In this document: piece by piece, positions 9,926 to 15,997 of the stretch
Numbering within the stretch: the first letter of the stretch is position 1
How the letters are laid out: the number at the start of each line of letters is the position of its first letter
From: Azolla caroliniana
Taxonomy: Eukaryota; Plantae; Polypodiophyta
DNA length: 15,997 nt
Assembly: GCA_043228905.1 (NCBI GenBank)
Contig: JBHGNT010000767.1
Coordinates: 1 to 15,997, forward strand
Direction of reading: 5' to 3'
Notes under the pieces: generated by a model
What the model saw: only the letters and a program-made list of their open reading frames with translations
Databases searched by the model: none
Told to the model about the DNA's origin: nothing
Made by a program: the position numbers and the translations under genes

Positions 9926-10213
9926 ATACATACATACATACATACATAACATACCTACATACCTACATACCGACAAACATACATACACAAAAAACAAAAA
10001 ACATACATAACATATATGCATACATACATACATACATACATAACATACATGTATACATACATAATACACATAACATACATACATACATACATTAACATAC
10101 ATACATACATACACACACATATACATACATACACATACATACACACATACACACATACACATACATACATACATACATACATACATACATACATACATAC
10201 ATACATACATACA
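9926..10213. repeat. Compound, imperfect (CATA)n/(CA)n microsatellite, about 290 bp, ending in a perfect (CATA)13 at 10160-10211
   Basis: Seen directly; it generates the spurious MYVC/YIHT ORFs. Confidence 0.97.
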
Positions 10214-10338
10214 GGCATCATCTCTCTAAAAAATCTCGTTGACAGTTGGGTGTGTGAGTCCTTTTGAAAACAATATGAACAGCTAGCACAATACATATAG
10301 CCTCTGTCTCTCTCTCTTCTCTCTCTGACCAGACACAC

Positions 10339-10340
<2 letters not shown>

Positions 10341-10388
<48 letters not shown>

Positions 10389-10408
10389 CTCTCTCTCTCT
10401 CTCTCTCT
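10341..10408. repeat. Compound microsatellite (CA)22(CT)12
   Basis: Perfect (CA)22 at 10341-10384 joined to (CT)12 at 10385-10408. Confidence 0.97.
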
Positions 10409-10639
10409 GTATCTCTGCCTCTCTGGACACACAGAATCCATGGATTTCCAAGGTTCATGGCATTGCTTACATGTATCATCTTAGAGAAGAGAACAGAGCA
10501 GATGGGACAGGGGGCAGAGACAGAGACAGAGACAGACATAGAGACAATGAGAGGAAAAAAGAAAAGAGAAATAGAAAGAGAGGAGTAATCTAATTTGGTT
10601 CGTACTCACATGATGTCTGTGTGAGAAAAAAAGAAAAGC

Positions 10640-10640
<1 letters not shown>

Positions 10641-10670
<30 letters not shown>

Positions 10671-10673
10671 AAG
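10641..10673. repeat. (AAG)11 microsatellite ending 2 nt before the kinesin start codon
   Basis: Perfect trinucleotide run followed by AG-ATG. Confidence 0.97.
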
Positions 10674-10675
10674 AG

Positions 10676-11142
10676 ATGGCAACATCATACCATATCAATA
10701 ATATTAACACAACCAATACCAATACCAATAGCCATAGACAGAGACCAAGCTCACCATACAATCCAACCTCTGTGGATGGACTTATACCTGGACATCCCTC
10801 AAATCCCTCAGCCATCCACCACCACCAACACCATCATCACAATTCCTCTGTTTCTCCTTCTAACTCTAGCTTTAACTCTTCAATCCTTGGAAGAGATACA
10901 GCTCTCACTCTGCCCACCGGGGTTCGATCCATGACTCCCACTACCTTCAAGTTTAAGTTCAATGGCTCTTCTCCTCCTCCTCATTCTCCACATCCTCCTC
11001 CATCTACTTCTTCTCCAAATAGTTTCACTTCTAATGGACCAAGTTCAAATTTGTTGGGGTTTCAAGCATCTAGAGGTGTTGGGGGTGGAAGTGATAATGC
11101 TAAAGAGAATGTTGTTGTTACTGTTCGATTCCGACCTTTAAG
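10676..11142 (+). CDS. KIN7: Kinesin-7 exon 1 (S/P/N/H-rich N-terminal extension plus start of motor domain [12 protein letters not shown])
   Basis: ATG in GAGATGGC context; open frame to the AG|GTTGTC donor (phase 2). Confidence 0.9.
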
Positions 11143-14100
11143 GTTGTCCTTGTTCATTTTCTAACTGAAGAGTTTGATTCCTACATTTTGCCTTGGCATC
11201 TTTCCGCTTAGATTTCATTCATACATTTAGGTACACTTTTAGGTTTGGGTCATAGATTAAGGTAGACTTCTACTTTACTTAGATTTTGATTCATATACTG
11301 AGGTAAAACTCGTTCTTTTAAGTGAGTTTGGTTCATACCATAAACCCTAAATCCGAGTTAGATTCATACATCAAGATAGCTGTTTAGATTTCATCCATAC
11401 ATTATGATAAAGGAAGTACATACAGCTAGAAGCACGCGTTTTAGAAATGCTGGTAGTTTTGAATGAATTTAAGATGTGATCAAAGAGTTTAAGATCTATT
11501 ACCTCTTCTGCATATACAAGGGGTATAATTCCGATCCCACTTGATATCAATGGTGTGATTGGCAAGAAAAGCAGATTTAATGTGCAAAATTCTGCTTCCA
11601 AATTTTACTTAACATGAATCAATATATATAGTGTGATCAATTGATGCAATCTAAGATACAACCTGAGAATAATTAATGGATCGATAAATAAGACTTAGAT
11701 GAAATGTGTAAAAACATTTAGATTGTTTTCTTCCTCAAGAAGGTACATTATGGGGCTACCTAGCAAGATTGATACTGATCATATACATAATCATCAAGTT
11801 ACTTGGATCTCTTGGAAATCCTTGATTAAGTAGATACTAATAGATCCAGATCTTGTCTTGCCAGTCTGAGGGAGATCCAAAAAGGCGACGAGATAGCATG
11901 GTATGCGGATGGAGATACGACAGTTCGCAGTGAATACAACCCTTCAAGTGCATATGGATTTGGTGAGTTTCTCGACTATACCTAAATTTTTTCAATATAA
12001 CTGCCTCAATATGCTATGGCACCGGAAATTAAATGGTAGACAACCTAAGATTGATGGACTGGACTGGGGTTCAGGGATGACCTTTGTGGTTTGAACATGA
12101 TGATGAACATAGCTAATCGCCGAGATATAGACAATGGTTTTTGAATGGCTAGGGCTACTCTCTTTCTGATATAGAGAAAATTCTATAGAGGCATATCTAT
12201 GGTTGGTTGGTGAATTTATCCACTTTGCTGATTGGCGCCGAGTTGATTTGCTCCTTAAGGAGTGGTGTACTTTGAGACTTCATTTTTTTATTTACTGAGA
12301 AGAATCAAGGAATATAAGTACATGGATCAATCGGCACAATTTATCCATTCTAACCAATGTGAATTTGCATTCAGATCGGGTTTTTGGCCCAGCTACAACA
12401 ACAAAAGCTGTGTACGATACTGCTGCAAAGCAAGTTGTTCGTGGTGCAATGGAAGGCGTAAATGGTATGAACATAAGTTTTAGCATGGTTTTTGTAATAG
12501 AGTAGATGTAGGAGATGCCAGAAATTTTTATTGAAGGTTAATGTTCAAAAGTGTGGCCCCAGATAACCATATAAAATGCTTTCTAATTTGTGGCAGGAAC
12601 TGTTTTTGCATATGGAGTTACAAGTAGTGGAAAGACACACACCATGCATGTGAGGCCTAAATGCTATTTGCTTTTGGAGTCAGTAGTACAATTGTTTTTT
12701 TAGTTTTTACCTTTTATTGTAAGTTTCAGTTCTCAATGATCCACCTTGCTCATGAACGAATAGATTCCTTTATATGATTGAATTACTAGTTGATCAAGGC
12801 TTCATGACTAAGCTTATAAGTTATCCTATTTATCTTGTAGATGCCTAAAATGCAAATTGGGTATTGATGGCAGGGTGATCAAAGATCCCCAGGCATAATA
12901 CCTTTGGCTGTAAAAGATGTTTTCAACATCATTCAAGATGTATATTACACAAAACCCTCTGAATCCCGATGTCAAATTCTTTTATGGAAAGTGTCAAATT
13001 GGATTTTTAAAATCCAATCGTTTGGTTATTGCGTACAGACACCAGGTAGAGAATATCTTCTTCGAGTCTCCTACTTGGAAATCTACAATGAGGTAAGTAG
13101 AGGGAACCAAATCAATTTTCTGAAATTTTCACTTGGAAAGTAAAAGGTCCTTGTTGATGGAGGCTCTCAGAATTTCGATAATTCATGCTCATGTAGATCA
13201 TCAATGACTTGTTAGATCCAGCCGGACAAAATCTTCGGATAAGGGAGGATTCACAGGTAAGAGTCATGTGAATAGCTGGAAAAAGCATGTACATTACACT
13301 TGCACCACAAAAGTTTTAACAGACAACCTCTTTTTTACATTCTTTTACCAGGGAACCTATGTGGAAGGTGTTAAAGAGGAAGTTGTTCTATCTCCGGCAC
13401 ATGCTCTTTCATTGATTGCAGCTGGAGAAGGTATTAAAAATCAAGGGGTTACAAAATCGTAGGATTCTCTTGTACATCTTTATACATTTCAGACTATAAA
13501 AAAGTTTTAACATTCGGATATTTTATATTTTTTCTGAATGTAGAACATCGTCATGTTGGTTCGAACAATTTTAACTTGCTCAGTAGTCGGAGTCATACAA
13601 TCTTCACGTTGGTAATGTTTTATTCTCAGTATGTAAATGGTGGCCCAAATTTTGGGTTGATAACACTCATTATGTTTTAACCTTTTGATCAGACAATTGA
13701 GAGTAGTGCTCGGACAGGAGACTCTTATGATGATGAGATTTCACTCTCACAACTGGTATTTATCTACTGACTTATATTTTTTGGTATTTGCAAAGAAACT
13801 AAGGCTTCCTCTTGGAATGTATAAATATATGTTGTCGTTGCAACTGTGCTTGAACATGCCTCAGATTTGGTTCACAGTATAATATATTGCTATCATTGGA
13901 ATGAATTATTATATATTGTAAAAGATTTTATTACTTTTATTTTAATTTTGATCTAGTTTATTTTGTTCTATTTGCAGAATCTGATTGATCTGGCAGGATC
14001 AGAGAGCTCGAAAACAGAAACTACTGGACTCAGAAGAAAAGAAGGATCCTATATCAATAAGAGTTTGTTGACACTTGGCACAGTGAGCTATTCCTTTACC

Positions 14101-15896
14101 GTGTCTTTTCCATTAATGGTTTCTTTTGATCCAAAAAACCATTGACTTGTGGTGATCTCAACCTTATTTTTCCTTATATATATAAAATATAGGTCATAGG
14201 GAAACTAAGTGAAGGAAAAGCTTCACATGTTCCTTTCCGGGACTCCAAGTTGACTCGATTGTTGCAATCATCTCTAAGTGGCTATGGCCGTGTGTCGGTA
14301 ATGTATTCATATATATCTTTCTCTCTTCTCAACGTGTTTTTAAAAACGTTTATTAATTCATGCCAAAACCCTAGAATCATATTCGAAGCATTTCTTCTTT
14401 TTTACAGTTGATTTGCACTCTAACTCCAGCATCCAGTAACATTGAGGAGACACACAACACTTTGAAGTTTGCTCATAGAGCCAAAAGAGTGGCAATTTAT
14501 GCAGCTCCGAATCGAGTGAGACATCAAACCATTTTACATAACTCCTAGTAAAATGTATATTCATAATACAAGTTTTCTGTTTTATGAAACCGAGTTTGAA
14601 TATTTTCTTCTACTTTTTCTGTCTGAAGATAATGGATGAGAAATCTCTCATAAAAAAGTATCAGAAAGAGATTTACAGTCTGAAGCAAGAGTTAGATCAA
14701 ATGAAGAGGGGCATGTTTGATAAATCATACCACAATAATGGTAATACACACGAAGATCTACTTTCACTTCGCCAACAGGTTCGTGGTTCTAGTATTTGAA
14801 GTTCATGTTTTTTAAGTAAATAAATTTGCTCTTGTTGTTGGATTTTGAAACTTATGTATGAATGTTGAGTGTAAATTAACTTATTCCTACATTGTTCATA
14901 ATGCAGCTAGAGGCAGGACAAGTGAAGCTTCAATCGAGGTTGGAGGAAGAAGAACAAGCAAAATCAGCTCTACTAGGTAGAATTCAGAGGCTTACAAAGT
15001 TAATCTTGGTATCCACCAAAACTACTATACCACAAGAGCCTGAAAAACCCATTCATAGAAGATGCCACTCATTCGGAGAGGAAGATGTAAGTTTTCGTAG
15101 CTTTTTTCCCTTAGTGCATGTGTTTCATATATGATGGGGAAGAAGTGGGGAGAAGAAGATCACTATGATCTTAGGCATATGTGAACATTGATTGAAAACA
15201 CTCTGATTCTGAGCAACTATAATCATAGATAGGTTGAGAGATTAATGAAATACACCTAGGATATCAGAACTACTATTTCCTATAAGATCCATCCAGCATA
15301 TATCGTATTCATAGTTCAACTAGATCTTAGTGGTAGGAAAGTCTTTAATAATTGAACTTCCCTCATGATAGATGGCCCATTTTCCAGCTTTGACCACAGA
15401 GTCCATAAGTTATCCATAGCTTGCGGCTCTCTGGTAACTCACCTTCTCAAAGGTCTGGGATCTTATCCTTGTACTAATATCTTATTAGGCCACCATTTCC
15501 TTTTATGCCAATTGAATATGGGCCTCCCATCCTAGATCAATAAGAGGAAGAGAATATTGGTTTACTAGATCAAGGACAGGAAGAGCCTCATTGAGCCTCT
15601 TCATCATAAATTTGATACATTTGTTTTTTCCTTAGGTGATGACCTCTTTTTCCTTATGATGTTTATTTACTCCTAAACGAGAGATGTAGTTGAATACTCT
15701 TTTCTTGTTCCAGCTGAAATATCTTGGCGCAAAGAGGCACGAGCTTGGATTGGATTTTGATGATGATGATGATGGTGGCGGTTCGGTCGGGCATCCCCAA
15801 GAATCATCATTTGAAGGAAAGCTTGATGGAGACGAGGTTGCAAAAGAAGACAAGAAGAACAAGCGGCGTGGTATGCTGGGATGGTTCAAGCTCCTG
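10676..15896 (+). CDS. KIN7: Kinesin-7 (CENP-E family) motor protein, plant KIN7C/D/E/K (MKRP-like) group; 16 exons in window, 3'-incomplete
   Basis: Join 10676-11142, 11865-11962, 12375-12464, 12597-12649, 12874-12939, 13039-13092, 13197-13256, 13352-13430, 13544-13611, 13693-13755, 13978-14082, 14193-14297, 14408-14515, 14629-14778, 14907-15086, 15714-15896 = 1929 nt, no internal stops, all introns GT-AG with consistent phases. Motifs: VTVRFRPL, P-loop [22 protein letters not shown], switch I NLLSSRSH, switch [41 protein letters not shown], neck [37 protein letters not shown]. Confidence 0.96.
11865..11962 (+). CDS. KIN7: Kinesin-7 exon 2 ([32 protein letters not shown])
   Basis: CCAG acceptor, G|GTGAGT donor; AWYADG motif typical of this clade. 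Confidence 0.95.
12375..12464 (+). CDS. KIN7: Kinesin-7 exon 3 ([30 protein letters not shown])
   Basis: TCAG acceptor, G|GTATGA donor. Confidence 0.95.
12597..12649 (+). CDS. KIN7: Kinesin-7 exon 4 (P-loop [18 protein letters not shown])
   Basis: GCAG acceptor, |GTGAGG donor; Walker A motif. Confidence 0.96.
12874..12939 (+). CDS. KIN7: Kinesin-7 exon 5 ([22 protein letters not shown])
   Basis: GCAG acceptor, |GTATAT donor. Confidence 0.95.
13039..13092 (+). CDS. KIN7: Kinesin-7 exon 6 ([18 protein letters not shown])
   Basis: ACAG acceptor, |GTAAGT donor. Confidence 0.96.
13197..13256 (+). CDS. KIN7: Kinesin-7 exon 7 ([20 protein letters not shown])
   Basis: GTAG acceptor, |GTAAGA donor. 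Confidence 0.95.
13352..13430 (+). CDS. KIN7: Kinesin-7 exon 8 ([26 protein letters not shown])
   Basis: CCAG acceptor after polypyrimidine tract, G|GTATTA donor. Confidence 0.95.
13544..13611 (+). CDS. KIN7: Kinesin-7 exon 9 ([23 protein letters not shown], switch I)
   Basis: GTAG acceptor, |GTAATG donor. Confidence 0.96.
13693..13755 (+). CDS. KIN7: Kinesin-7 exon 10 ([21 protein letters not shown])
   Basis: TCAG acceptor, |GTATTT donor. Confidence 0.94.
13978..14082 (+). CDS. KIN7: Kinesin-7 exon 11 ([35 protein letters not shown], switch II)
   Basis: TTTGCAG acceptor, |GTGAGC donor. Confidence 0.97.
14193..14297 (+). CDS. KIN7: Kinesin-7 exon 12 ([35 protein letters not shown])
   Basis: ATAG acceptor, |GTAATG donor; microtubule-binding motif. 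Confidence 0.96.
14408..14515 (+). CDS. KIN7: Kinesin-7 exon 13 ([36 protein letters not shown])
   Basis: TTTACAG acceptor, |GTGAGA donor; end of motor domain. Confidence 0.95.
14629..14778 (+). CDS. KIN7: Kinesin-7 exon 14 (neck/coiled coil [15 protein letters not shown]...LLSLRQQ)
   Basis: Less common AAG acceptor, CAG|GTTCGT donor; frame matches the conserved neck. Confidence 0.92.
14907..15086 (+). CDS. KIN7: Kinesin-7 exon 15 ([19 protein letters not shown]...HSFGEED)
   Basis: TGCAG acceptor, |GTAAGT donor. Confidence 0.94.
15714..15896 (+). CDS. KIN7: Kinesin-7 exon 16 ([10 protein letters not shown]...[15 protein letters not shown])
   Basis: TTCCAG acceptor; donor taken as CTG|GTGATT, less certain because the next exon is outside the window. 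Confidence 0.85.
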
Positions 15897-15997
15897 GTGA
15901 TTAACAATCCCTCTATATTGTTGAGCTATTAGCTGGCATGTTTGTTTGTTGGTTGGGTCTATCACGATAACTTCCGTCTTTTCTTTTAAAATAATGT

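Larger units (their letters stand above)
10300..10675 (+). promoter_or_regulatory. Probable core promoter / 5' leader of the kinesin gene (CT-rich then GA-rich)
   Basis: CT/GA repeats immediately upstream of the ATG are typical of plant promoters and 5' UTRs (BPC/GAGA-type sites). The transcription start is not visible from sequence. Confidence 0.5.

Noticed and set aside
9905-10539. ORFs 9905-10210, 9955-10539, 10016-10267 and 10218-10451 (MYVC/YIHT/VCVC repeats)
   Set aside because: They are translations of (CATA)n, (CA)n and (CT)n microsatellites, which lack stop codons; there is no coding signal.
10485-10609. Apparent minus-strand intron (GTGAGT...pyrimidine tract...AAG) suggesting a divergent transcript
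   Set aside because: The pyrimidine tract is simply the complement of the GA-rich leader, and no exon partner is evident.
13612-13692. Possible U12 intron because of TTTTAACC close to the acceptor
   Set aside because: The donor is GTAATG, not the U12 consensus (G/A)TATCCTT; no intron in the gene has a U12 donor.
15087-15713. Possible MITE in the long intron 15
   Set aside because: Only a ~9-bp inverted match (CACCTAGGA / CCTTAGGTG) with no extension or TSD.
11371-15907. Antisense or alternative-frame ORFs within the kinesin gene (11371-11601, 11903-12094, 12262-12483, 12292-12486, 13112-13294, 13685-13882, 14358-14564, 15632-15907)
   Set aside because: Short, no recognisable motifs, and explained as shadows of exons or chance intronic frames.

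Overview
Eukaryotic nuclear DNA from a land plant; the repeat remnants look fern/bryophyte-like, but that lineage call is inference. The right third (10676 to beyond 15997, + strand) is an intact multi-exon kinesin-7 gene (plant KIN7C/D/E/K, MKRP-like group). I assembled 16 exons by hand with GT-AG introns into a stop-free 1929-nt frame (643 codons). It covers a low-complexity N-terminus, the whole motor domain, the neck/coiled coil and part of the stalk, and the gene runs off the window. Upstream of it is a dense microsatellite cluster (9926-10673). The left ~9 kb is decayed repeat sequence: (i) an L1-like LINE ORF2 fragment (1-~690, -) directly abutting an inverted, rearranged, catalytically dead SAC/FIG4 phosphoinositide phosphatase gene fragment (750-1133, +); (ii) a second, 5'-truncated LINE with an A-tail and target-site duplication (3159-3968, -); (iii) a Ty3/gypsy gag-like remnant; (iv) a 123-bp tandem duplication; (v) several smaller structures. 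Most ORFs in the supplied track are exon pieces, TE remnants or microsatellite artefacts. I see no RNA genes or CRISPR arrays and cannot support a clearly new biological system. The best candidates for a second look are the LINE/SAC chimera and a 24-bp insertion that looks like a minimal LINE integration footprint.
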